A stretch of 64,000 bases of DNA from Candidatus Giovannonibacteria bacterium (GTDB lineage: Bacteria > Patescibacteriota > Minisyncoccia > JACPKW01 > UBA11713), in NCBI GenBank assembly GCA_023266875.1, contig JAHFOJ010000002.1, forward strand, positions 3,163 through 67,162, written 5' to 3'. The notes beneath the pieces are model-generated. The model searched no databases, had not been told where the DNA came from, and was given only the letters and a program-made list of their open reading frames with translations. A program made the position numbers and the translations under genes. This document shows positions 39,591 through 48,158 of the stretch, one piece after another. How positions within the stretch are numbered: position 1 is the stretch's first letter; every line of letters starts with the position of its first letter.

Positions 39591-39663
39591 CTTCTTATAA
39601 AATACTTCTACATAAGTTCGGCATCAGATAATTCTAAATCTGTCTGTCGCGCTGCCTCTCAAT

Positions 39664-39690
39664 CTATTTACATATTCGTACGAATTACCC
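39664..39690. promoter_or_regulatory. Copy D of the motif, CTATTTACATATTCGTACGAATTACCC
   Basis: The 20-nt stretch CTATTTACATATTCGTACGA is shared across copies A, B and D; A and D share the flanking TTACCC. It sits between the HK stop and arsR. Confidence 0.5.
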
Positions 39691-39719
39691 GTTTAATTAG
39701 AAGCTGGCTTTATACTAAT

Positions 39720-41354
39720 CTATGCCCCATATGGAGCTGGATTCGGAAGATTTCGGCGTAGCGGCAGTCGGATCAAGAACGTGCTGCCTCTGCCTACGCC
39801 TGGTGATTCTGCCCAAATTTCTCCTCCGTGATCAGATACTATTCGTTTCGCGAGATAAAGCCCAAGCCCTATTCCTTCCGCGTTCGCTTTCGCGCCCGTA
39901 TTTCCTCTGGTAAATCGGCTGAATATTCTTTCAAGATCTTCTTTCACCATGCCAACACCCGAATCGAGGAAAGTAATCAATAAAACCTCCCCCCCGCCGC
40001 TGCTTTTCGTTTCAATTTTTATTTTTACAAAACCTCGCGGGGTGTATTTGAGGTCATTGTCTATAATATTTGTAATAACTTGGCGGAACTTTTCCTTATC
40101 CACCGAAACATCTGGCAAAGTAGAGTCCGGCTTTTCGAAAATAAGTTCAATTTGCTTATCACGTGCTGGTCCTTGAAATTCGTCAACAACATTAGCGATC
40201 ATAGGAGCGATCTGGGTTGATTCAAAATTGTAATTCATGCGCCCCGATTCAATCCGTGACAAATTAAGAAAATCATTCACTAAATTAATTAAGCGCTCAT
40301 TTGAAAGATAAACTTTCGAGAGAGTTTCTCTGACTTTAGAAGATATTTCCCCAAAACTTCCCTCCTGAATCATAGAAATATATCCTTTAATAATTGAAAG
40401 CGGAGTCCGAAGCTGATGAGTGGCAAGCGAAAGAAATTCCGATTTCAGCTGATCAAGTTTCTTTAGTTCCACATTGGCTTTCTCCAAATCCTCCGCCAAC
40501 TTCTGAATCTGTTCTCTGGAGCGAACTTCTTGTAAAACACTGCGTATTAAAAGTAACCCAAAGAGAATAACCAATACCAGAAGGCCACCGTCAAGAAATG
40601 CATCCTGTAAAGTTCTAGCAATAACTGTTCTTACTAAAAGAAATACACAAATTGAAAAAACCAGTAGTTCGGTAGCAATAACACGCACATTAAATAAACG
40701 ATGCTTTATGACAGCATATCCAAGGAAAAAGGGAAAAAAAGAAACTAAAAAATTACCAAATGGCGGGATAGGAACTCCATACCATAAAAAAAAGTTCGTA
40801 GCCCCACCTCCGAATCCAAAAATCGCCCCAAGGACAACATAAGAGATCTGCCCTTTCTTTGATTTATCGGATAGCTTATAAGATTTTGCCAATAAAATGA
40901 AAGCATATAAAACCAGCACAAAATAGAAAAAGATTAGATAAAAAGTATAAAGCGGTCCAGGACTCGGCCAAAATGGGAAAAATAATTTTGGCCCTATGCT
41001 CTTTATAAATAAATTAGAGGTAGAAAAAAGGGTAAGTAAAATCGAAATAATATAAATTAAATATAAAAAACTGCGCTTATTTTTAGACTGACCCAACAGC
41101 TCTAAAACCCAGTGAAAGTAAAAAACTGGGATAAAAATTGATCCTATAGAGAAAAATCTTATCCAGAAAAGCGCTGGTTCAACACTTGCACTCGAAAGCC
41201 ACTGCCAATATCCAAAACTCCAGACTGCTATAGCAGCCGTCATAAGAAAAAACAATTGGTTAATTCTATCCCGGAAGCTTTTATAAATAAGAAGGAACCC
41301 AAAACTTAAAGCAAATATTCCGTTTACTAATCCAGATAAAGCAAAAATATTCAT
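39720..41354 (-). CDS. Sensor histidine kinase with an N-terminal multi-TM sensor domain
   Basis: About 7 predicted TM helices, a coiled-coil, HisKA (LSLATHQLRTPLSII) and HATPase_c (...DSGVGM...GLGLYLAKRIV...). Confidence 0.85.
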   Translation of the reverse strand: MNIFALSGLVNGIFALSFGFLLIYKSFRDRINQLFFLMTAAIAVWSFGYWQWLSSASVEPALFWIRFFSIGSIFIPVFYFHWVLELLGQSKNKRSFLYLIYIISILLTLFSTSNLFIKSIGPKLFFPFWPSPGPLYTFYLIFFYFVLVLYAFILLAKSYKLSDKSKKGQISYVVLGAIFGFGGGATNFFLWYGVPIPPFGNFLVSFFPFFLGYAVIKHRLFNVRVIATELLVFSICVFLLVRTVIARTLQDAFLDGGLLVLVILFGLLLIRSVLQEVRSREQIQKLAEDLEKANVELKKLDQLKSEFLSLATHQLRTPLSIIKGYISMIQEGSFGEISSKVRETLSKVYLSNERLINLVNDFLNLSRIESGRMNYNFESTQIAPMIANVVDEFQGPARDKQIELIFEKPDSTLPDVSVDKEKFRQVITNIIDNDLKYTPRGFVKIKIETKSSGGGEVLLITFLDSGVGMVKEDLERIFSRFTRGNTGAKANAEGIGLGLYLAKRIVSDHGGEIWAESPGVGRGSTFLIRLPLRRNLPNPAPYGA

Positions 41355-42232
41355 ATCTTACTAACCTTAGCAATAATATGGACTTTTAGTGGTTCAAATA
41401 TTATGTCTGGTTCACTCGAAAAACCGGCCTCAACCAATAGCTTCTTTAAATCCTTAGGTTCGCGATAATACATAAAAGGCCATCCTAAATTTGTGACAAA
41501 CGGCATTTCCTCATTTGGATGAACATTCGCCACAATAAAAACACCACCAGGCTTTAATATATTGTAAACACTTCTTATAAGTTCTGCTCCGCTTTCTTCC
41601 GAAAAATAATCTAAGAGCCCAACCATTTCTGCAATATCAAAAAAGTCCCCGCCCGATATTAACGTTTTTAAGTTACGTGCATCACCCCTAATCCAATCAA
41701 AAAGATCTGTGGAATCAAACTCCCCAGCGAGCTTTTTGCCAGCATCAATGGCGCGCTCATCCTTATCTATGTTTAAAACTTTTATATTTAAATGCCTCTC
41801 TTGGGAGATACGGTTTATAGATTGAATAAGAGCTCGCATCGAACCACCCCCAACGCTTATAATTTTGATTAAACGAGTATCGTCTATCCTCGTTAACCTT
41901 AAAATTTCTTCGTCCATATTCATTTCAACCAGCGCAAGCCGATTTCTTAAGGCTTTCGGCTGAGAGAAACAATGATGCCAAAATAAATCCGCCAAGCCCT
42001 GCATAATTCCTCTCGAAAATAAGCCACGTTGGTGTCTGGTATACATTGCATCTAAAGCAGCGGCAGTTCCTGTATTTTGAACTACAGTTTTAGAATCATG
42101 GCTTGTAGATCGCATCATCTTCTTTAGAAATTCCGGAGAAACATGATTCATAATTGGAACGCTAAAAATCCTGATAAACTTTGTCACCAGTCCATGAGTT
42201 TCCATTTCATTAGATATGGTTGTCGTTCCCAT
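41351..42232 (-). CDS. Class I SAM-dependent methyltransferase translationally coupled to the histidine kinase
   Basis: Motif I IISVGGGSMRA, an acidic motif II and motif IV in a Rossmann-fold MTase arrangement. It overlaps the HK gene by 4 nt. Confidence 0.65.
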   Translation of the reverse strand: MGTTTISNEMETHGLVTKFIRIFSVPIMNHVSPEFLKKMMRSTSHDSKTVVQNTGTAAALDAMYTRHQRGLFSRGIMQGLADLFWHHCFSQPKALRNRLALVEMNMDEEILRLTRIDDTRLIKIISVGGGSMRALIQSINRISQERHLNIKVLNIDKDERAIDAGKKLAGEFDSTDLFDWIRGDARNLKTLISGGDFFDIAEMVGLLDYFSEESGAELIRSVYNILKPGGVFIVANVHPNEEMPFVTNLGWPFMYYREPKDLKKLLVEAGFSSEPDIIFEPLKVHIIAKVSKI

Positions 42233-42287
42233 AAATCAAGGATAGATCATTAAGAAGATAAAACCTGACGCGAACTATACCCAAATT

Positions 42288-42325
42288 ATCCCACAAAAAG
42301 CCCTTGGGAATAAGGGATAAAAAAA
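42288..42325. repeat. Direct repeat copy 1, TATCCCACAAAAAGCCCTTGGGAATAAGGGATAAAAA
   Basis: About 38 nt with 34/38 identity to copy 2, 360 nt away. It contains a CCCTT/AAGGG hairpin plus A/T runs. Confidence 0.55.
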
Positions 42326-42352
42326 ATCGCTAGTTGATTTAAAACTTCTAAC

Positions 42353-42604
42353 CTATACCTCAACACCGAGTTTGTCTTTGAGAACTCTTTTTATATGCTC
42401 ATGCTCTATCTTCAGTGTTGTATATTCTAAAACCCTATCTAGCAGCTGGGGGAATTCTTCTCTATCCGGTTTTTTGTTAATTTCTTCGGTTAGTCTCTCA
42501 AATCTCTTATCAATATTAATAAGATCGGGATTTAATTCTTTCCTGATTTGTTTAGCAAATGTCTTCAATTCATCCTTTAGATCCTGCTTTGTGATTTGTT
42601 TCAC
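42353..42604 (-). CDS. Hypothetical small charged protein
   Basis: 83-aa ORF that is K/E-rich and predicted helical. It is flanked by the two direct-repeat copies. Confidence 0.4.
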   Translation of the reverse strand: MKQITKQDLKDELKTFAKQIRKELNPDLINIDKRFERLTEEINKKPDREEFPQLLDRVLEYTTLKIEHEHIKRVLKDKLGVEV

Positions 42605-42647
42605 TTTTTTATTCTATTATTTAAATAAAATTATTGCAAATTTATAA

Positions 42648-42685
42648 TATCCCACAAAAAGCCCGTGGAAATAAGGAATAAAAAT
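42648..42685. repeat. Direct repeat copy 2, TATCCCACAAAAAGCCCGTGGAAATAAGGAATAAAAA
   Basis: See copy 1. Confidence 0.55.
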
Positions 42686-42767
42686 TACATGTTGCGTCGC
42701 ATTTAGACCTGTTATAAAATGGGGACGAATTTAAATTCTTTAATAACCGAAAGGAGAACGGAAGATA

Positions 42768-44687
42768 ATGAAGACGAAGAAAGCACGATGGATAATCGGA
42801 GGTTTAATTTTTTGGATAGTTGGATTGCTTGAGGGAAAAACTGAAGCAAATTTTGGTGGGCTCCATAGGGAATTTTCCCCATGCGCCCCAGGCAACGGCC
42901 GCGCAGTCGCGTTCAGCCCGGAGAGCAAAAATATTTTCTACACGCTCTGGAACGATACGCGAATATTCATAACCGACCCTAACAACACCACTTGCTCGGC
43001 GATTAATACTGGAATTGTTTTCGGAGCGCTCGCATACGACGGAAAACGCAAACGTCTCTGGGGCGCCGGTTATGACTATGGCCACCGCGGCGGAATTTAT
43101 CTGATTGATTCAAATGGTGCGTCCTCGCTCCAATTCAGCTTCATCCCCAACGAAACAACCTGCCTTCAGAACCAATATCATGGATATTTCACCGGACTTT
43201 CATATGATGAAGGCCCGACTTCATCGAACAGCGATGACTCGCTCTGGCTCGTCGACAATGACGGGAAAACAATTTACCACATGAGTCTGCAAGGCAATTT
43301 AATATCAAGTTCGGTAATTCCAAAGGGACCTCGTACCGGTCTCGTCGGCTGTGCAAATGGCATCGCCTCTGACAGGGACTTCTTGTGGATCACACTTATA
43401 TCTGGGTTGCATGCAGACATAAGCGGCATAATGCCTTTTGACATCGTAAAAGTCAGAAAATCTGACCCATCCACGATCGTCGAAAGTTTTTCTGCGGACA
43501 ACATAAACAACAACAGTCCAATAGGAATAGCGATCGAACGAGGAAAAACCATTCCAGGAAGAACCGGCCTATGGGTCAATTTTACCGGCGGAAATAATAT
43601 TAGACTCTTTGAAGCCGATAAAATCACTCCGGTCATTCTCGTAAACGGCTTTAGTGGCAACGCGGAAAGTTTCGGTCAAATGGCAGAATATCTAGCGCTT
43701 GACGGTTTTCCGGTGTATGTATTTGACTACGGAGAATTTACCGGACTAAATAGCGACATCTCAATCGAAGAAATCGCGGCGCTGTTCGCAGGATATGTTA
43801 ACGACGTCTTAAGAGTGACAGGAACCGGTCAAGTTGATATTGTAGTCCACTCAATGGGCGGACTTGTGGCAAGAGCATGGATCGCCGGCCTTGCGACAGT
43901 TCCGGTAAAATACACAGGACAAATTCGACGTATGATAACGCTCGGCACACTTAATTACGGAGCAGTGGCGGCGTCAATCGCAGATTTGATTATGACCAAT
44001 AACTCACCGATTCAGGGAGACGAGATGGCCCTTGGCAGTAACTTTCTATTAAACCTCCACAAGAATTGGATGGCCTTGAAATCATCAGGCGCGATTCTTC
44101 CTGATATTCTTTTTGTTGCAGGAACAAGCGGCATCGAAAATACTATTGATGAATGCGGCGGGATCGGCTGCTCGGATCAGATTGTCGATATCACAAGCGC
44201 CATTATGCCGGATGCCCCAGCAAACATGGTTCGTTACGTCCCATACATCCACGCGCATATCATGCCGTTGCCGTTCTCTCCGACGTCGATCGCTGAAATA
44301 GATTCAAAGGATCACGCCAGTTACAGAATTGCGAAAGCCTTCCTTGACGACGTAGTCTTGGACCAATGCTGCGACTCCGCCTCAATCGGATACACCCCGC
44401 CCCACGAAAGAAATGTGCCTAAAGAAAAAACGGGGACTCTGATTTTCCAGCTGATTGATAAGAAAGCCCTCACCCCGATTCTCGGCAAAAAAATAACAAT
44501 AAAACTCGATCGCGCAGCAAAAGCCGCGCTAATAGACATCAATTCGGGCACAGCCGGTGTGACAATCTTGAATCTGCCGGAGGGTTTACGCAAAGTAACC
44601 GTATCGGTAAAAGGTCGCAAAAACATAATTCTAAACATTGCAATTAAAGCTGCATACCCAATCGTGATATCAGAAATTGCAATGTGA
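42768..44687 (+). CDS. Secreted multi-domain protein with a class-2 (Bacillus LipA-like) alpha/beta-hydrolase lipase domain
   Basis: A signal peptide and an N-terminal domain of about 280 aa, followed by PVILVNGFSGNAESF ... VDIVVHSMGGLVARAW (the lipase GXSXG nucleophile elbow AHSMGG) and a C-terminal domain of about 230 aa. Confidence 0.75.
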   Translation: MKTKKARWIIGGLIFWIVGLLEGKTEANFGGLHREFSPCAPGNGRAVAFSPESKNIFYTLWNDTRIFITDPNNTTCSAINTGIVFGALAYDGKRKRLWGAGYDYGHRGGIYLIDSNGASSLQFSFIPNETTCLQNQYHGYFTGLSYDEGPTSSNSDDSLWLVDNDGKTIYHMSLQGNLISSSVIPKGPRTGLVGCANGIASDRDFLWITLISGLHADISGIMPFDIVKVRKSDPSTIVESFSADNINNNSPIGIAIERGKTIPGRTGLWVNFTGGNNIRLFEADKITPVILVNGFSGNAESFGQMAEYLALDGFPVYVFDYGEFTGLNSDISIEEIAALFAGYVNDVLRVTGTGQVDIVVHSMGGLVARAWIAGLATVPVKYTGQIRRMITLGTLNYGAVAASIADLIMTNNSPIQGDEMALGSNFLLNLHKNWMALKSSGAILPDILFVAGTSGIENTIDECGGIGCSDQIVDITSAIMPDAPANMVRYVPYIHAHIMPLPFSPTSIAEIDSKDHASYRIAKAFLDDVVLDQCCDSASIGYTPPHERNVPKEKTGTLIFQLIDKKALTPILGKKITIKLDRAAKAALIDINSGTAGVTILNLPEGLRKVTVSVKGRKNIILNIAIKAAYPIVISEIAM

Positions 44688-44699
44688 CCCGCAAAGCAA

Positions 44700-44739
44700 A
44701 AGCCTGACTAGAGGACAGTTTACTCCTCTAGTCAGGCTT
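44700..44739. terminator. Perfect 15-bp stem-loop (AGCCTGACTAGAGGA/TCCTCTAGTCAGGCT), a bidirectional terminator
   Basis: Seen directly. It is followed by TTTTCAG on the plus strand and lies between the convergent lipase and plsC-like genes. Confidence 0.7.
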
Positions 44740-44745
44740 TTCAGA

Positions 44746-45378
44746 TTAAGCGCGAATATTTTCAAAAAGCGCAAGTATTTTTTCGTGTATAACCGCCGTC
44801 CCCTCTTCTACCGTAATCGAATTAGAATCGTCAAGCCTAAACGGCTCCCCGACGCAAATTTGAATATTTCGGCCTTGGGCTTTTATTGCGATGGGGATCA
44901 CCGGGACTTTCGCGCCTAGCGCGATTGCAGATGCCCCGTGGCGAAAAACTCCAAGCGCGCCGCTTTTTTGCACTCGTCCCTCTGGGAACATCACAACCGT
45001 CTCGCCTGACCTTAGAATATCGAGCGGGGTTTTTATGGCAGCGTCTATCCCTTCCCCGCGCTTCGACGGGAAAACCCCCATAATTCTGAACAGCAACGGG
45101 ATGAGGCCAATTTTCCGCAAAAAATCAAGAAATCTGTGATTAAATTTTATATATTCCCCCATATAACGAAGCGGAACGAGCGGCGAGAAAAGCGGCAAAG
45201 AAAGTCCGATTAAAAATGAGTCGTAAAACGCAATATGATTTGAAACTATAAGCACCGGCCCTGCGACGCGTTTAAACTCTTCGCGGCCCGAAATTTTGAC
45301 CTTACGAAAAATATGAAATAGCAGCCAAGAGCCGGGTTTTATTATAAAATTCTGACTAAATTTATACCAATATTTCAT
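44746..45378 (-). CDS. Lysophospholipid/glycerol-3-phosphate acyltransferase family protein (PlsC-like)
   Basis: The NHxxxxD motif (VSNHIAFYDS) and FPEGR motif. Confidence 0.8.
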   Translation of the reverse strand: MKYWYKFSQNFIIKPGSWLLFHIFRKVKISGREEFKRVAGPVLIVSNHIAFYDSFLIGLSLPLFSPLVPLRYMGEYIKFNHRFLDFLRKIGLIPLLFRIMGVFPSKRGEGIDAAIKTPLDILRSGETVVMFPEGRVQKSGALGVFRHGASAIALGAKVPVIPIAIKAQGRNIQICVGEPFRLDDSNSITVEEGTAVIHEKILALFENIRA

Positions 45379-45500
45379 TGCGCGACCTAATTGACGATGT
45401 TAGAAATTATTTAATTTTGTCTTTTAAATATGGTGAGTAAAAATTTCTATACTTAGATTGAAATTCAAAGTCTTTCCAACTATTAGAATCTATAATTTTT

Positions 45501-46646
45501 CTACATTTTAAACATTCCGGCTAGTAAATCTCGAACAATCTCCGCCGTGCCGGCCGCCAGTGAAAAAGCCTGAGAATCTTGCCGAACATGCGAAAGCCAA
45601 TGATCTTCTAAAAATCCCTCGGCTCCGTGTAGGTGAACACATTCGCTAATAATTTTTTGACAATTCTCGTAACTAAATATTTTCAGCATTAAAATTTCTT
45701 TATCCACCGGCTTACCTTCTGCAAAAGCATCACATACCAAGTAGGTAAACTGTCTAGCGGCTTCTATGGTGGTACGCAACTCGACCATTCTATGACGAAT
45801 GACCTGTTTTTTACTAAGCGCTTCGTCAAATCGATGGCGGCTTTGAAGAAAATTAAGAGTGTCCTCCCAAATATAAAGAGCCAAAGAATTCAGCGCCACA
45901 GCTCCAATTAAACGTTCTCTTTGTAATCCGCGTAATAAGTATAGAAACCCTCGCGTGGAATCTCCAAGTAAACTACCCTTGGAGATTGAACAATCCTTAA
46001 AGCAGATCGATGCGGTATCACTTGTCTTTAATCCAACAGTAACGAGTTTCTCTCTTTTTATACCCCTTGCATCACCTGGCACTAAAAACAAACCAAGCGC
46101 CCAAATATCTTTTTGAGTTTTAGTTCGCGCTAATACAACTGTATAGTTGGCAATGGATCCATTTGTTATATATCTTTTTTCACCATTCAATATATAATTT
46201 TTACCTTTTAGCAGAGCCACTGTAGTAATAGATGCTAAGTCTGACCCGCTACTAGGATCAGTGGCAGCAAGCGCAAGATAAAATTTCCCGGCAAGTGCGG
46301 GTTTTAATATTTTTTCCTTTTGCTCATTATTTCCTAATTGAAAAATTAAAGGAGCAACCATGTTGCTTTGCACTAAAATAGACAACGCCCAGCCTAGTAC
46401 TCTAGATCGAGCTAATTCTTCGGCCAAGATAACTTCATGCCAAAAATCTTTATTACCACCCCCAACACTTTCAGGCAGGGAAAGACCGATAAATCCATGC
46501 TCGCCGACTTTCTGAAGTAGATTTACAGGAATACTTCTTGTTTTTTCCCATTCGAGCGCGTGAGGAATTACTTCTTTTGCTATAAATTTTCTAACAGTTT
46601 GCCGGAAATTTTTATGTGGTACATCTTCAAAAATAATAGGCTCCAT
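45501..46646 (-). CDS. Acyl-CoA dehydrogenase family protein, a possible acyl/aminoacyl-carrier-protein dehydrogenase
   Basis: 381 aa with the ACAD N/M/C-domain pattern (...YITNGSIANY..., C-terminal ...GAEGFLEDHWLSHVRQDSQAFSLAAGTAEI). An ACP gene lies immediately upstream. Confidence 0.8.
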   Translation of the reverse strand: MEPIIFEDVPHKNFRQTVRKFIAKEVIPHALEWEKTRSIPVNLLQKVGEHGFIGLSLPESVGGGNKDFWHEVILAEELARSRVLGWALSILVQSNMVAPLIFQLGNNEQKEKILKPALAGKFYLALAATDPSSGSDLASITTVALLKGKNYILNGEKRYITNGSIANYTVVLARTKTQKDIWALGLFLVPGDARGIKREKLVTVGLKTSDTASICFKDCSISKGSLLGDSTRGFLYLLRGLQRERLIGAVALNSLALYIWEDTLNFLQSRHRFDEALSKKQVIRHRMVELRTTIEAARQFTYLVCDAFAEGKPVDKEILMLKIFSYENCQKIISECVHLHGAEGFLEDHWLSHVRQDSQAFSLAAGTAEIVRDLLAGMFKM

Positions 46647-46650
46647 AATA

Positions 46651-46908
46651 TTAAAAAGATTCTATTGGTAGCTTACGCTTACTACTACCCTTGTTCTGAA
46701 TTACATAATCCACAATATCGCCAACTGTCTTAATATGATTCATTTTACTAGGCTCTATTGAAACTTTATATTCATCACTCAAAACAGCAATTAATTCGAC
46801 TATATCCATTGAGTCCTTGGCGATATCTTCGAGAAGTGTAGAATCATTAACCTGATTCGGTTCTTTATATAACGTAGCTCTTATTATTTCTATAATTTCA
46901 TCTTTCAT
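46651..46908 (-). CDS. Acyl carrier protein (phosphopantetheine attachment DSMD)
   Basis: 85 aa with LEDIAKDSMDIVELIAVL, a PP-binding serine motif. Confidence 0.75.
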   Translation of the reverse strand: MKDEIIEIIRATLYKEPNQVNDSTLLEDIAKDSMDIVELIAVLSDEYKVSIEPSKMNHIKTVGDIVDYVIQNKGSSKRKLPIESF

Positions 46909-47456
46909 AATAAATCCTTAAAATAAGTCTTGAATGGCTCTGTGTTTGAAAGCTTGTCATAAACCTCCTCGTCCATTTTCTCCAATTTCTGCATAATCGC
47001 ATCCAATTTCCCCTGACCATTTTCCCGGGCATACTTATCTAATTCTTCGCGTATCCATCCGATGTGACCAGTCTCATCATCAATCATTTTTTGTAAGGCC
47101 TCTTTAACCAGAGGATTTGTATCGGGTAGGTTTAGATGTTTGGTGAATTGATTAAGTGTGCGTTTTTCAAAAACTTGGGTCAAGCAAAAAATCTCAAGGG
47201 TATTTTCCGGCATCCCGAATAATTTCCCATACTCAGTTTGATAAGTTTCCGTCACCTTAACTGGTATACGTCCAAGATCCTTAATCACTTTTGTCCAACG
47301 CCAAGCATGCTCGGCCTCCTCGAGGCAGTGTTCGGTTAGTGGAATTCGATATTCACCTATAGTGGTGTGAAAAGCAAGTTTACCAAACAAGATTGAGCCA
47401 GATAGTTCACACGCACGATAGTAACTGAGAATATATAATTCTTGGTCTGACATCAT
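46905..47456 (-). CDS. Ferritin-like or diiron-carboxylate protein (putative oxidase/oxygenase subunit)
   Basis: 183 aa with the paired EEAEHAWRW and DDETGHIGW (E..H) motifs typical of diiron sites. It overlaps its neighbours by 4 nt. Confidence 0.5.
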   Translation of the reverse strand: MMSDQELYILSYYRACELSGSILFGKLAFHTTIGEYRIPLTEHCLEEAEHAWRWTKVIKDLGRIPVKVTETYQTEYGKLFGMPENTLEIFCLTQVFEKRTLNQFTKHLNLPDTNPLVKEALQKMIDDETGHIGWIREELDKYARENGQGKLDAIMQKLEKMDEEVYDKLSNTEPFKTYFKDLL

Positions 47457-47458
47457 AT

Positions 47459-48157
47459 TTATATTTGTTTATCGGCAAGAGCTTCACTCGGTCGTTTGCC
47501 CACTAATCGTCCCACTTTTTCATTAAAACCTTGGATGATTCTTATATTATCTTCTTTTGCCGGTGAAACTTGTGGCATAACGTACTCTCCTATGTGTTGA
47601 TAGTTTAGTGCGTGTTCAAGTACCTGACCCTTAACCTTAGGGTCTGCTTTGATCATTTCTTCAAGTAAATCAAAAGCGAATTGAGAATGACTGACTTCTT
47701 CGGCAGAAAATCTTGGCAGAAGATTTTTTAAAACCGGCTCTTCGGTGAGTTGTATGAGGTCTCTAAAGAATTCGGCGGCAAAATGTTCGGTGCCCATAAA
47801 ATTTACTAACTCACGTACTTTGTCCGTATATCTTTTATCCTTATCTTTTGAACGCACATCTCTAACTTCTTCATCTGTTACTGGATTGTATCCGACAATT
47901 TCAAGGTATCGTCGTAAAATAAAATAATGACCATATGCCTCAAACGCCTCTATTGTAAAAATTGAAGTTGCCGCCACGTTGTCCCAAAATAGTTCGTTCA
48001 TTTTTCCTGTGTAAATGGGGAGGTAGCACTCCACAAGACAAGCTTCGCGCAACAAGTCTAAACATTTAGTGTTCTTTAATGCCAATTCTTTATTGATTGA
48101 TTTCCAATCAACCCTGCTATCAAAAATTTTACTATTAGCGAAGTCAATGGTTGTCAT
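47459..48157 (-). CDS. Diiron oxidase/oxygenase-like protein (ferritin-like or heme-oxygenase-like fold)
   Basis: 232 aa with EAFEAYGHY, TEHFAAEFF and AEEVSHSQF His/Glu helices. Confidence 0.5.
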   Translation of the reverse strand: MTTIDFANSKIFDSRVDWKSINKELALKNTKCLDLLREACLVECYLPIYTGKMNELFWDNVAATSIFTIEAFEAYGHYFILRRYLEIVGYNPVTDEEVRDVRSKDKDKRYTDKVRELVNFMGTEHFAAEFFRDLIQLTEEPVLKNLLPRFSAEEVSHSQFAFDLLEEMIKADPKVKGQVLEHALNYQHIGEYVMPQVSPAKEDNIRIIQGFNEKVGRLVGKRPSEALADKQI

Positions 48158-48158
48158 A

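Noticed and set aside
39213-39690. Repeated 27-nt motif as a possible CRISPR array or MITE
   Set aside because: The copies are irregularly spaced (351, 96 and about 22,000 nt apart). The core is a perfect palindrome typical of dimeric HTH operators. There are no spacers of uniform length and no cas genes.
39722-39913. 63-aa plus-strand ORF at the end of the histidine kinase gene
   Set aside because: It overlaps the C-terminal HATPase region of the kinase on the opposite strand and has no start context or recognisable product.
42768-44687. Lipase gene as an independently acquired GC-rich segment
   Set aside because: By eye its GC content is not clearly different from the ribosomal regions. 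The compositional contrast is with the AT-richer island downstream, so I describe the island as a whole instead.
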